From IMG/VR virus record IMGVR_UViG_3300035520_001075, positions 93,484-157,483 of that record: a stretch of DNA of 64,000 nucleotides; one strand, 5' to 3'. A program made the translations under genes and the position numbers. The DNA is from a virus. Its lineage: Duplodnaviria > Caudoviricetes. A model generated the notes under the pieces. That model was not told the DNA's origin and searched no databases. It was given only the letters and a program-made list of their open reading frames with translations. Positions 30,311 through 40,355 of the stretch are shown piece by piece; position 1 is the first letter of the stretch; every line of letters starts with the position of its first letter.

Positions 30311-31378
30311 ATGAAACTTATTGAGTATATAGTAAATCATAAGGATTGGAAAAATGAATTACAGAAGCCGCCATATTCTTTGTCTATAAAAGAAAAAGGC
30401 TCATTAATTATGTTTAATTATACTGTTGATTCTATTCCTTCTGAAATCGTTAACGAAGCAAGGGGTTTAATTCTTGAAATTGGAAATAAGATTAATGTAA
30501 TTCGTTATGGCTTTTATCGCTTCTATAACTATGTTGAAGAAGGGGCGGCGGCTTTAAACATGAAGAAAGTCTTTGCAACAGAGAAAATAGATGGGTCAGT
30601 TATAATGCTTTATTATTATAAAGGAAACTGGTATATTTCAACTCGTAATACTTTCGATGCTTTCGATGCTCCACTTGGAAATTCAGAAAGAACTTTTGGA
30701 GATTTAGCTATTGAAGCAATGAAATCTCAGGGGATTATTCCTTCTCAGCTTTTGCCGCAGAACACTTATGTTTTTGAGTTAGTATCTCCAGAATATCAGC
30801 ACGTTGTTAATTATGAGGATACCAAGCTTTATTTCTTAATGGCAAGAAATAATAATACTTATAAAGAAGTCGACGTTAAAACTGACTGGTTAAGACCTCG
30901 CCGCATTGAAGTTTCTTCTTATGAGCAGATTATTAACTATGTTTCTACTTTTGATGGAAAAGAATTTGAGGGCGTTGTGCTTCAGGATAATTATAATAAT
31001 AGAGTTAAGGTTAAGAACTTAAAGTGGTTAAAGCTTCATAAACTACATAATAATGGAAATTTAACTGTAGAGGCAGCTCTTAACTTAGTTGATATGGGTG
31101 AGATGGACGAATATTTAGCCTATTTCCCAGAGAAAAAAGACTTTGTTAATAGAATTCTATTTTGGAAGCAGACATCAATGTCTTATGCCTTATCTCTTGA
31201 TATGATAGACTTGAAAGAAAATTATCCTGATAGAAAAGATTATGCAGAAAAAGTGCTCAATTCCTACGCACCTCATGAGCAGTTTTTAATGTTTAAAGCA
31301 TATGATAATAGAGCTTATGAGTATATGACTTCACTATCTAATAAAAAATTAGCAGAATTATATGCAATTGAGCATTGA
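30311..31378 (+). CDS. T4 Rnl1-like ATP-dependent RNA ligase
   Basis: EARGLI, RFYN, motif I EKIDGS, FELVSP, EGVV, KVK. Confidence 0.85.
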   Translation: MKLIEYIVNHKDWKNELQKPPYSLSIKEKGSLIMFNYTVDSIPSEIVNEARGLILEIGNKINVIRYGFYRFYNYVEEGAAALNMKKVFATEKIDGSVIMLYYYKGNWYISTRNTFDAFDAPLGNSERTFGDLAIEAMKSQGIIPSQLLPQNTYVFELVSPEYQHVVNYEDTKLYFLMARNNNTYKEVDVKTDWLRPRRIEVSSYEQIINYVSTFDGKEFEGVVLQDNYNNRVKVKNLKWLKLHKLHNNGNLTVEAALNLVDMGEMDEYLAYFPEKKDFVNRILFWKQTSMSYALSLDMIDLKENYPDRKDYAEKVLNSYAPHEQFLMFKAYDNRAYEYMTSLSNKKLAELYAIEH

Positions 31379-31446
31379 ACAATATTTGACTTTTATCTCG
31401 GATTATGATATAATTATTATAGTAAATGAGAAAGAGAGGTTTATTT

Positions 31447-32331
31447 ATGGCTACATTATTTTTAATGATAGGATTGCCTTACTCAGGAAAATCAACACTC
31501 GCAGAATCCTACAAAAATTATAATAGAACAATGGTAATTTCTTCTGATGAAATTCGTAAGGAATTATTCGGAGACGCAGGCGACCAGTCTAATAACGAGC
31601 TTGTTTTTAAAGAATTCCATACACGAGTTGTCAATGGTTTGAAAATGGGATATAATGTTTTTGCAGATGCAACTAATTTAAATCGTAAGAAGAGAATGGC
31701 TTTCTTGGGCTCAATGCCAAAAGGAACTTTTAAAGTTGGAGTTATGATGGCAACACCTTTAGAGTTAATTTTTGAGCGTATGGAGAAGAGAGAAAGAAGA
31801 GTTTCTAAAGAAGTCGTTATGAGAATGCTGAAACAATTTCAGCCGCCGACTGAAGGAGAGGGCTTTGACTTAATTAATATCGAATTAAATCGCCCTTTTC
31901 ATTCTTTAGAAAATTACTTAGAATTAAATTTAATTCCTCATGATAACCCTCATCACAAGCTTGATGTTGCTGAACATATGTTGGCGACTTCTAACTTAAT
32001 TAAAGAGTGGTTGGAGGGAGATTCTTACGACAAAAGAAAAAACAATTTAATGACCGCCGCACGTTATCATGATATTGGGAAATACTTGGTAAAGGAATTT
32101 GATGACAAAGGAATTGCTCATTACTACTATCATGCCAACGTGTCTGCTTACTTATACTTAACTGCAGAGCGTTTCTCTCGTCAGGAAGACGTAATCTATA
32201 GAGCTAACTTAATTTACGAGCACATGACACCTTTTAACTCGAACTTCCCACCAAAGAGAATGTCGATTTATCCAAAAGAATTTATTGAAGACTTATTACT
32301 TTTACATAAGGCAGATGTTCAGTCTGCCTAA
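31447..32331 (+). CDS. Polynucleotide kinase (AAA_33) fused to an HD phosphohydrolase
   Basis: GLPYSGKST, SSDEIR, DATN..R; HDNPHH...EH...HDIGK...HA..SA...EH...AD. Confidence 0.85.
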   Translation: MATLFLMIGLPYSGKSTLAESYKNYNRTMVISSDEIRKELFGDAGDQSNNELVFKEFHTRVVNGLKMGYNVFADATNLNRKKRMAFLGSMPKGTFKVGVMMATPLELIFERMEKRERRVSKEVVMRMLKQFQPPTEGEGFDLINIELNRPFHSLENYLELNLIPHDNPHHKLDVAEHMLATSNLIKEWLEGDSYDKRKNNLMTAARYHDIGKYLVKEFDDKGIAHYYYHANVSAYLYLTAERFSRQEDVIYRANLIYEHMTPFNSNFPPKRMSIYPKEFIEDLLLLHKADVQSA

Positions 32332-32345
32332 GAAATGGAGAATAT

Positions 32346-33050
32346 ATGGAATTAAGTAATGAAAAATATAATCCAGAAGAAATTAAAGCAATTTTAGAAA
32401 TAATGCTTGGAGATGATGTTGAAGGAATTTTTGTAGCACAGGAATTATTAGATGACAATGATGATGAAATGCCAATTTATTCTAACTGGACTACAGCCTA
32501 TGAAATTCAAGAAACCTATTGCTGTAAGATTAGCTGCGGCTGCACTAAGCTTGTGATTATTCCAAGAGATAAGGACTATGTAATTAAATTACCTATTACT
32601 CATATTTATGAGGACGAAGAGATTACAATGCAGTTAGACCAAGAAGAAGATATTTTTGCAGAAGAAAAAGCTTTATATGATAGCAGTACTGAAACACTTC
32701 AGAACTTCATTCTTCCAAACTATTATATCGGGGAGTATCAGGGCATACCAGTTTTTGTTCAAGAAAAAGCTGAATTTGATATAGCAACTCCGCTGTCAGA
32801 AAAAGTCTTAGTCTCAGACCAAATAGTCAGCTCTATTAGAGAAGAAACAGACTTCTATAGCTTTTCTGTTGCTTTTGTAAAAGATATGGTAAGATATTTT
32901 GGACAGATAGAGACAAAAGAATTAATTGGAGAACTTTTGGATTATGAAATTGTTGATTTACATCGTGGTAATTATGGCTACACTCTTGAAGGTAAACCAT
33001 GCTTAATTGATATTGGCGGCTACCGTGAAGATAGGTGGGCGGTTTATTAA
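32346..33050 (+). CDS. Protein kinase-like protein
   Basis: GCTKLV, YVIKLP, QE, DLHRGNYG and IDIG kinase subdomain motifs. Confidence 0.65.
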   Translation: MELSNEKYNPEEIKAILEIMLGDDVEGIFVAQELLDDNDDEMPIYSNWTTAYEIQETYCCKISCGCTKLVIIPRDKDYVIKLPITHIYEDEEITMQLDQEEDIFAEEKALYDSSTETLQNFILPNYYIGEYQGIPVFVQEKAEFDIATPLSEKVLVSDQIVSSIREETDFYSFSVAFVKDMVRYFGQIETKELIGELLDYEIVDLHRGNYGYTLEGKPCLIDIGGYREDRWAVY

Positions 33051-33078
33051 TAAATAAATTAAAGGAGAGATTAGAACA

Positions 33079-33288
33079 ATGAGTCGAAAGAATAGGAAGA
33101 ATGGAAATCTTCCAAATTATGATAAGGCTTCAAAAAAGAAAAGACGAGAAATGGATAAACAGAAAAGAGGAGATTGGGGCAATACAAACCCCATCACTAA
33201 AATTCAAGGTAATAAGAACGATTATCGTCGCCGCAAACAGAAAGAGCGAGAAGACGATTTGAGTGATTATGATTATAATTTTGATTAA
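33079..33288 (+). CDS. Small basic hypothetical protein
   Basis: AAGGAG RBS. Confidence 0.6.
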   Translation: MSRKNRKNGNLPNYDKASKKKRREMDKQKRGDWGNTNPITKIQGNKNDYRRRKQKEREDDLSDYDYNFD

Positions 33289-33305
33289 TGGAGAGGATTT
33301 TAACT

Positions 33306-33851
33306 ATGGAAAAAATTACTAACTATGAATGCCCAATTTGCAAAAAGAGCCACCCATCTATTTATTCGCTTAGTGAGTGCGTGCAGAGACATGAAATCGA
33401 AGAGATTGAGAGAGAAGAAGAACTCACTAATATTGAATGCTGTATTGATGAAGCTTATAAAGAGCTTATAAGATACATAGAAGAATATAATGAGGCGGTA
33501 GGTAAGGAAATTTATTCTGTTTCTCTTTCTAAAATCGGTTCTAAGGAATCTGAGCAGAATATTGTTAAATCTTTTGACACGGCGGCGAGCCCAAAAACAG
33601 AAACAAAATCAGAAGTAAAAAATGAGCCAAGAAAGTCCGCATCATCTGAGGATTCATCATCTAAAAATTCTTCAACTTTTAAATGCTATTTTAATGGCAA
33701 AGATATTACTAAGGAAGTAGAAAAAGCAGTAGATGAACTTAGCAATACTTCCCCAAAAGAACTTGAAAAATTTATTAATAAGAAAGGAGTAAAATTAGAC
33801 AAAGACTCGGACGATTATCTTTTTAATTTCATTAACACTCTTTTTGATTGA
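33306..33851 (+). CDS. Hypothetical protein with N-terminal C2H2-like Zn finger
   Basis: CPIC...C..H; GGAGAGG RBS. Confidence 0.65.
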   Translation: MEKITNYECPICKKSHPSIYSLSECVQRHEIEEIEREEELTNIECCIDEAYKELIRYIEEYNEAVGKEIYSVSLSKIGSKESEQNIVKSFDTAASPKTETKSEVKNEPRKSASSEDSSSKNSSTFKCYFNGKDITKEVEKAVDELSNTSPKELEKFINKKGVKLDKDSDDYLFNFINTLFD

Positions 33852-33907
33852 TGGAAACTTTCGTATATGATAACAGAAAATTATCTACAATAAGGAGGAA
33901 ATATAAA

Positions 33908-34132
33908 ATGAAAAATATAACATGGCATATCGCAGAAATTGAAACCCCAAACATAGCAGAACAGGTAATTGTTCAGTGCAAGGAACTTCCAGACCCTACG
34001 TTTGCAACTTATAAAGGTGATGATAAAGGCTGGGAATTTGACGATATTGTTCTGTCGCAGCATATGGTAGATGATGTTGACTTAACAATAATTGCTTGGA
34101 CTGAAATGCCAGAACCTTATAAAGCAGATTAA
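33908..34132 (+). CDS. DUF551-like phage protein
   Basis: C-terminal IIAWTEMPEPYK; GGAGG RBS. Confidence 0.6.
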   Translation: MKNITWHIAEIETPNIAEQVIVQCKELPDPTFATYKGDDKGWEFDDIVLSQHMVDDVDLTIIAWTEMPEPYKAD

Positions 34133-34202
34133 TTTTTAAGTAGAAAGATTAGAAGAAAGAAAAAAAACAACAAGATTAGATAATAATTAAGGAGAAAATT
34201 TT

Positions 34203-34568
34203 ATGTTATCATTGGTGATTCTATCAGTCGGTTCAGTTATTTGTCTTTTCTGTGCAATAATACAGGTTATCCTTTGGTGGAAGTCAAAACATATAGACTG
34301 GTTTAATATATTTGTAAGTTTTATGGTATTGTTTATTTATATATTTCAGCTATTTAAATTGTTTACTTTTGATGGAAGGATAACCAAAAAGGAGTCATTG
34401 TTTATCCCTGTCGTAGCTTATGTCTACGATTCGGATAGCGGCGACCATATATTGCAGAGTGGTAATAATTATTATTTTACCGTAAAGAATAAAGGCAAAA
34501 CATATACAATCGTTGTCGATAAGGACGTTTACGACAAGTACGAAGTAGGAGATTACTATGGAGAGTAA
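34203..34568 (+). CDS. Membrane protein (2 TM)
   Basis: Hydrophobic N-terminus; C-terminal YDKYEVGDYY. Confidence 0.65.
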   Translation: MLSLVILSVGSVICLFCAIIQVILWWKSKHIDWFNIFVSFMVLFIYIFQLFKLFTFDGRITKKESLFIPVVAYVYDSDSGDHILQSGNNYYFTVKNKGKTYTIVVDKDVYDKYEVGDYYGE

Positions 34569-34573
34569 AGCTT

Positions 34574-34891
34574 ATGGATAAGGAAAATTTTTGCAGGATT
34601 ATGAATGAGTATTCTAAGCAGAGTTATGAATTTGATAATTTTTACAATAAGATTAATAAATTTTGTAGAGAGGATATTGCCGCAGAATGCAAGAAAAGCA
34701 GCTTTTCTGATGTTGCCGTAGAGGCAATAGCTTCTTCTTTAAAAGATTCATCAGGCATTTTAAAATTCTTTTGTAAAAATTGCAATTGTAATTTTGATTT
34801 GTTTAATGATAGCGATATTGTAGTTAATGAGCAAGTAGTTAATATACACTCTTATGAGAATTTATATGATTTGATTTGTTTGTCTGCATAA
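34574..34891 (+). CDS. Hypothetical protein, paralog of 40356 and 43061
   Basis: Shares KENFC..M and SYENLYD motifs with the paralogs. Confidence 0.7.
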   Translation: MDKENFCRIMNEYSKQSYEFDNFYNKINKFCREDIAAECKKSSFSDVAVEAIASSLKDSSGILKFFCKNCNCNFDLFNDSDIVVNEQVVNIHSYENLYDLICLSA

Positions 34892-34935
34892 GAGGGGCTT
34901 AATGTAGCCCTTCTTTTTATAAATTAAGGAGTACT

Positions 34936-35214
34936 ATGAGAAAAATTTTAAGTTTTATTGTTAATAATATAGGAGTTGGATGCTTGATTTTGCTGATGAT
35001 TCTGGTTTTATGCTATCAAAGCAAAGCCGCCGCAGCCAGTACAGAAAAAATTTTTACGGTTAAAGAATTTTCAGAAGAAGAACTTAGAGTTGCTCAGGAA
35101 GAAAAGCATCAGAATGAGAAAGATTTAATGGTTTATGGTTGTGCTTGTGCGGCAACAGTTATGGTTTTGATTGCTATTCACAGCAATCAGGAGAAAAAAG
35201 ATTTTACTTTTTGA
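34936..35214 (+). CDS. Small membrane protein
   Basis: Two hydrophobic segments; RBS. Confidence 0.6.
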   Translation: MRKILSFIVNNIGVGCLILLMILVLCYQSKAAAASTEKIFTVKEFSEEELRVAQEEKHQNEKDLMVYGCACAATVMVLIAIHSNQEKKDFTF

Positions 35215-35263
35215 GGGAATTATGGTATAATTATTATAGTAAGTTAAGAAAAGGAGTTCTATT

Positions 35264-35503
35264 ATGACTAAAGTTTATGCTGTTTTTGATGTTAATAATG
35301 ATTTCATGCTTGTTGATTCTAAAGAAAAGGCATTAAATGCCTGTATTGATATTATTAATTCTGGTGGAATACCTGATGAAAATGGTAATATCGACCTTAC
35401 AGAAAATCAAAAGCTTATTGATGAAATGATTCAGCGTTATAAAGATGGAGAGGGTATTTATTCCCAAGATATTTGTTTTGTAGAAGAAAAAGAAATATTT
35501 TAA
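35264..35503 (+). CDS. Hypothetical protein
   Basis: Promoter and RBS. Confidence 0.65.
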   Translation: MTKVYAVFDVNNDFMLVDSKEKALNACIDIINSGGIPDENGNIDLTENQKLIDEMIQRYKDGEGIYSQDICFVEEKEIF

Positions 35504-35517
35504 AAGGAGAAAGTAAA

Positions 35518-35790
35518 ATGAAAGTATTTATTGTTGAAGGACCGACGTTTGAAAAATTTGCTTATGTAAGCGAAAAAAATGCAAAGAAAAAATTTTATGA
35601 ACTAATTGGAGAACAGCTTTTTGATATTGTTTCAGCTTCACCCAGAGACGTTTTTGGAACAGTCATTGATTCAACTGACATCAACAAATTAATGGAAGAG
35701 ATTGCCGCAACAGACGGAGACTCTTTTTCTATGGGCGGATTTGAATTTGACATTTCAGAAGTAGAGATTGAAGATTTCCAGCCTTCATAA
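35518..35790 (+). CDS. Hypothetical protein
   Basis: AAGGAG RBS before ATG 35518. Confidence 0.65.
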   Translation: MKVFIVEGPTFEKFAYVSEKNAKKKFYELIGEQLFDIVSASPRDVFGTVIDSTDINKLMEEIAATDGDSFSMGGFEFDISEVEIEDFQPS

Positions 35791-35852
35791 GATTTTACTT
35801 TCAGAAAAAATTATGCTATAATTATTATAGTAAGTTAAGAAAAGGAGAAAAT

Positions 35853-36188
35853 ATGCTTAGATTTTCAGACCCAGAAACAGGAAAAGAATATATGACAACC
35901 GAAAATTTAGGAGACGTACTTACAAATTATGTTTACTCTTTTAAAAATTTTCTCGCCGCAAAGCCAGAGGTTAAATATGAAGATATTGATATCCATAATA
36001 ATATTGATGTTGCTATTACACCTGATACTGAGTTGCTCGTAAGACAGTATCATGATTATATCACAATGATTGAAGATGATATGCAGAATTTCATTGATTT
36101 AGAGGCTCTAAGAACAGATTCAATGATTTTTGAATTTAGAGATTCTTCTTTAAATACTGACTTGCGAGTTGGCATTGAGATAATATGA
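35853..36188 (+). CDS. Hypothetical protein
   Basis: Promoter and RBS. Confidence 0.65.
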   Translation: MLRFSDPETGKEYMTTENLGDVLTNYVYSFKNFLAAKPEVKYEDIDIHNNIDVAITPDTELLVRQYHDYITMIEDDMQNFIDLEALRTDSMIFEFRDSSLNTDLRVGIEII

Positions 36189-36200
36189 GGGGTCGCCGCA

Positions 36201-36449
36201 ATGATTAGAGTTGAAGTTTATAAATTTGGTAATCCTAAGAAATTATCTGATAATTTCTATGTAAGTTTACCAGAATTTATAAATCATGAATTTAAAGATT
36301 TATCACTTTCTAATAGAAACGTAATTTATAATGATATTGAGGACTGTTTAATGAATGCTCCACAGGGTATGGTTAATTTTTCATACACAAGAGATTCTTA
36401 TCGTTATTTATTTAGCTATGTGGGGATAATAGCAAGAGAGGAGAATTAA
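36201..36449 (+). CDS. Hypothetical protein
   Basis: GAGG RBS. Confidence 0.6.
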   Translation: MIRVEVYKFGNPKKLSDNFYVSLPEFINHEFKDLSLSNRNVIYNDIEDCLMNAPQGMVNFSYTRDSYRYLFSYVGIIAREEN

Positions 36450-36452
36450 AAA

Positions 36453-36677
36453 ATGAAATATCTTATTTTTGATAATGATAAAAGTGAAATACTTGGAATT
36501 ATGGACTTAGAACATTTCATAATGTACTACTGTTCAACAAAAGACATTCCAAAAGAAAGACGAAAAGAAGAATTAATTAGTAAGTATGAGTTCTTAGTAG
36601 AAAAATCATACTATATAAGAAGTTCTTCTCAATTGATATCAACTTTCGATTTTGAAAACTACACATTCATTATCTAA
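36453..36677 (+). CDS. Hypothetical protein
   Basis: GAGGAG RBS. Confidence 0.6.
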   Translation: MKYLIFDNDKSEILGIMDLEHFIMYYCSTKDIPKERRKEELISKYEFLVEKSYYIRSSSQLISTFDFENYTFII

Positions 36678-36764
36678 AAAAGATTTTACTTTTTAGAAAA
36701 ACTATGATATAATTATTATAGTAAGTTAAGAAAAGCCATTTCATTTCAAAAAGGAGAAATTTCT

Positions 36765-36911
36765 ATGGACAAGATGACATTAATAAAAGTGTTTGATTCA
36801 GAGAGAAAAGCGGTAAACTTTGCCGCCGACCGCAAGGGAAAAATTTCCGTTCGTTATGACTGGGATTCATTCAGAAATAAAATGGTAAAAGAATTTATTG
36901 TTAAATATTAA
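36765..36911 (+). CDS. Small hypothetical protein, 48 aa, not in the ORF track
   Basis: Promoter and AAGGAG RBS. Confidence 0.55.
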   Translation: MDKMTLIKVFDSERKAVNFAADRKGKISVRYDWDSFRNKMVKEFIVKY

Positions 36912-36927
36912 GAAGGAGAAAAGATTT

Positions 36928-37242
36928 ATGACTACTTATGAAAGCAGAAAAACAATTACAACAAGGGATAAATTCTATAACTCAGTAAGAGATTTCGTTA
37001 AGGATAAGATTACTGATGAAGATGTTAAGGACTTTATTTCAAGTTCTTATGATTGTACCGAAGTTCCAATTGTTGGAAAAACTCCAATGGGAGAAATTGC
37101 AGAAGCTATTGTTCCAGCTTCAGGTTGGGAATCTCTTAGACAGGATTATATTAATGCAATCACAGAGGTTCTTGAAGATGACATTAAGGAATGTGGAAAA
37201 GCAAAATGGAAAAATTATGAGCTTGTTTTGTTTCGTGATTAA
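36928..37242 (+). CDS. Hypothetical protein, family with 46375 and 46765
   Basis: Shared 'V P..G.T..G I' core. Confidence 0.65.
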   Translation: MTTYESRKTITTRDKFYNSVRDFVKDKITDEDVKDFISSSYDCTEVPIVGKTPMGEIAEAIVPASGWESLRQDYINAITEVLEDDIKECGKAKWKNYELVLFRD

Positions 37243-37275
37243 TCGTGCTTTAGACATTTAAAAAAGGAGAAAAAT

Positions 37276-37560
37276 ATGATGGATAACTTTTCAATTAATT
37301 ATCAGGTTGAGGACTGCGGCGATTACTTTTCAGTTAGTGATTACTTTCTTGAAATAGAGAGTAATTTTAAGGATAAGTGTAAGTCTTTACTTGCCTATAG
37401 AAAGATTAGTTCTATAAGCGAATACAGAGCCGCCGCAGAAGAAGCTTTTGAAAATGCAAGTGAAGAAATGTCTGATTTTATGGAACAGTATTTTGGGATT
37501 AATAGTGCTAATGATTTTTTAATATTCTTAGAGGGAATGGAATTTAATAGAAATAAATAA
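37276..37560 (+). CDS. Hypothetical protein
   Basis: AAGGAG RBS. Confidence 0.65.
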   Translation: MMDNFSINYQVEDCGDYFSVSDYFLEIESNFKDKCKSLLAYRKISSISEYRAAAEEAFENASEEMSDFMEQYFGINSANDFLIFLEGMEFNRNK

Positions 37561-37576
37561 GAGAGGTAAACTAACT

Positions 37577-38335
37577 ATGAAGAAATTTTGTGGAGTAATC
37601 ACAGCAATAACATTAATTGGCTCAATGGCAATGATATCTAACACAGCCACAGCCGCAGAAACAGAAAATCAGACAATATCATCAGAAGAGATTGTCGCTT
37701 TGATAGACGGGTATAGTTCAATCTACCAGACCTATAAAAGTGATGCTTATTATGATTATGAACAGTATTCAGAATTCATTGACCTTACAGAAGAGCAGTT
37801 TAATGAGTATGATATTAATAACGATGAGTTTGTTAATGAGAAGGATATTGGTTATTTTACAATTGCACTTGCCGCAGAACATACAGGCTATGATAAGCCA
37901 ATTATCTATGCTAATAGATATGACATTCTTAGCTACACAAAAAGCTATATAATGGATATAGTTGGAGACGATTATAGTATTGCAGGATTAAAGAAAGCAG
38001 TAATTACAATAGCTGGCGGTATAGAAGATACAACTGAGCCAACAACTGACCCAGTAATCACTACAGCTCCAATTACTACTACTACAACGACAACTACTTC
38101 AACTTCAATCTCTGCAACATCAGGAATTATTCCAATAACTAAAGGCGATGCAAATAGAGATGGTTCAATTAATTCAATTGATGCTGTTCTTGTGTTGAAG
38201 CAGTATGCCGCCGACCTTGTTAATGGAACTACTTTTTACGATGAAGCTTATGATATGAATAGCGACAAGAAAGTTAATTCAATAGATGCTGTGCAGATAC
38301 TCCAGTATTATGCAAATAGTCTGTTGAAGAAGTAA
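37577..38335 (+). CDS. Secreted dockerin-domain protein
   Basis: Signal peptide ending ATA-A; Thr-rich linker; duplicated dockerin GDANRDGSINSIDAVLVLKQYA / YDMNSDKKVNSIDAVQILQYYA. Confidence 0.85.
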   Translation: MKKFCGVITAITLIGSMAMISNTATAAETENQTISSEEIVALIDGYSSIYQTYKSDAYYDYEQYSEFIDLTEEQFNEYDINNDEFVNEKDIGYFTIALAAEHTGYDKPIIYANRYDILSYTKSYIMDIVGDDYSIAGLKKAVITIAGGIEDTTEPTTDPVITTAPITTTTTTTTSTSISATSGIIPITKGDANRDGSINSIDAVLVLKQYAADLVNGTTFYDEAYDMNSDKKVNSIDAVQILQYYANSLLKK

Positions 38336-38351
38336 GAAAAGGAGAATAAGA

Positions 38352-38516
38352 ATGTTTCTTTTAATTTGTTTTATAGTTGTAATGTTATTTTTTATAATAA
38401 CTCTTGGTGTCTATTTTGAAGTAGATAGTGGTCTTGAAAAGTTGATTTTACTTCAAAGTTCCTGTACTGCATTTTTAATTGGACTATTCTTATTCTGTAT
38501 AATGCTTAATGTTTAA
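38352..38516 (+). CDS. Small 2-TM protein, not in the ORF track
   Basis: AAGGAG RBS; hydrophobic. Confidence 0.5.
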   Translation: MFLLICFIVVMLFFIITLGVYFEVDSGLEKLILLQSSCTAFLIGLFLFCIMLNV

Positions 38517-38527
38517 GAGGAATTACT

Positions 38528-38746
38528 ATGAACCAGAATTGTTGGATATTAAGAGGTTGTAGGTATTCTAACGAGGTAGAAGAATCTGGTGCTCCTAAGG
38601 ATTTTCGCTATATCCTTGGAGTCTATGATTCTGAAAGATTAGGAGCCGCCGCACAAAAGAATTGGGAATCAAAAGGGGATTATGATTTCTATCGTTTAGA
38701 ATGTTGGCGAATTAGAACGGAGGGAGCATTGGAGTTTGAAATATGA
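38528..38746 (+). CDS. Hypothetical protein
   Basis: GAGG RBS. Confidence 0.6.
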   Translation: MNQNCWILRGCRYSNEVEESGAPKDFRYILGVYDSERLGAAAQKNWESKGDYDFYRLECWRIRTEGALEFEI

Positions 38747-38975
38747 TTACTTTTCGTTTACGAAGAACGAGTTAATTTTATATATTTATTTACTAAAGCA
38801 AAACAAAACTGAATTTGATTTAAGAACTTCTGACTTTATTAGTTTAGGAATGCCGAAGAATAGCTTCTACAATGGCAGAGACGGATTAATAAAAAGGGGA
38901 TATTTAAAGAAAAATTCTCAAAATCACTACTTCTTTGATGAGGGCGGCAGCCTTAATAAAGAAGAGGTGATTTAA
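38736..38975 (+). CDS. Small wHTH-like protein
   Basis: LYIYL...LGMPKNSFYNGRDGLIKRGYL. Confidence 0.55.
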   Translation: MKYDYFSFTKNELILYIYLLKQNKTEFDLRTSDFISLGMPKNSFYNGRDGLIKRGYLKKNSQNHYFFDEGGSLNKEEVI

Positions 38976-38977
38976 AA

Positions 38978-39445
38978 ATGAAAGATGATATGAAAATTGC
39001 CCTTAGAATCGATCGACCAGATTTTAAGGGCGAATTTATTATAGCTTATTTTTTTCATTGCTCACGATTATCAGAGAAAATAGAAAATTTATGTAAGTAG
39101 AAAAAGCTTAAGAAGAAAGATGATTACTACACTTTTGTAGATAGAACGTTCCTTGCAGAATTAATTCATCAGATAGTGAAAGACAGACAGTTAGACCCTA
39201 TTGGTGAAGATAGTATAACTTGGAATAGTAATAGCTATTTCAGAATGCTTAGCCGCAATGTAAGAAATTTAGCACTTATATTAGACTGGGTAGACCATAA
39301 AATAGACTTTAATACATTGGTAAAGAGATTGGTTGGGCTTACTGAGAAAGATATGTTTGTAGTTAATTTAATTACAAGTCAATTCTCAGAATTCGATTGG
39401 AGTGCTGGCACAATGAAGATTGCAATTTCCAGTATTGAGGATTAA
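38978..39445 (+). CDS. Hypothetical protein, 155 aa, TAG at 39098
   Basis: GAGGTGA RBS; in frame with track ORF 39176 apart from one TAG. Confidence 0.65.
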
Positions 39446-39513
39446 AAGAAGTTTTACTTTTTAAACAGACTATGGTATAATTATTATAGTAAATAAGAAA
39501 AGGAGAAAATACT

Positions 39514-39936
39514 ATGATTGTAAAGGTAAATGATTGCTGTGGCTGTGAAGTTTGTACAAATTGTAAGCGTGGTAAAGACTACTTTACCTATCAGTGTGAT
39601 TGTTGCGGCGAGCTTATAGTTGGCAATGCTTATATAGTTGGCAATGATAACGATAAGCAGTATTGCGATTCATGTGTAGCAGATAAAATTATAGAAGATT
39701 TTACTGCTACTAACTCGATTGCTGACCAGATTGTTATAATTAAGTGTCTTGTTAATTCTATTGAAGGAATAGAATTCCAGTTAAGAGAAAAAGATGAGGC
39801 ATACTATTTCACAGATAATGACGAAATGCTTACTACTGAAGAAGCGATTGAACAGGGTTTAGAAATTCTCGCTAATACTTATTCAGATAGTATGCTTGCT
39901 AATCTTCTCGATGTAGATTTTGATATTGCTATATAA
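39514..39936 (+). CDS. Cys-rich Zn-binding protein
   Basis: CCGC..C..C, CDCC, CDSC. Confidence 0.65.
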   Translation: MIVKVNDCCGCEVCTNCKRGKDYFTYQCDCCGELIVGNAYIVGNDNDKQYCDSCVADKIIEDFTATNSIADQIVIIKCLVNSIEGIEFQLREKDEAYYFTDNDEMLTTEEAIEQGLEILANTYSDSMLANLLDVDFDIAI

Positions 39937-39999
39937 TATTTTACAATTAAAATAAATTGTGGTATAATTATTATAGTAAGTTAAAAAGGAGAAATTAGA

Positions 40000-40275
40000 A
40001 TGGAAAAGAAAAGAACAAATAAAATTGCTACTATTTTTATAGCTGTTATTATTGCTATCTTTGTTGCTGCATTGTTGTATGTGGCAACAGGCTTTGGCAA
40101 CAACAAGGTAATTGCAAGACATTACAATTTTAAGACAGCTATTATTACTGTCGGCGGCGAAGAAAAAACAGTTGATATTAATTCTTGGACTATGTATGGA
40201 GAATCAATTGAGATTGTTGCGGCAGATGGAACCGTTTATTTAGTTGATTCTATAAATTGTACATTAATTGGCTAA
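40000..40275 (+). CDS. Membrane-anchored hypothetical protein
   Basis: N-terminal TM; promoter and RBS. Confidence 0.65.
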   Translation: MEKKRTNKIATIFIAVIIAIFVAALLYVATGFGNNKVIARHYNFKTAIITVGGEEKTVDINSWTMYGESIEIVAADGTVYLVDSINCTLIG

Positions 40276-40355
40276 GCCGCCGCTAAGAAAAGATTTTACT
40301 TTCTATTCAAATTATGCTCTAATTATTATAGAAAGTTAAGAAAGGAAGTAGAATT

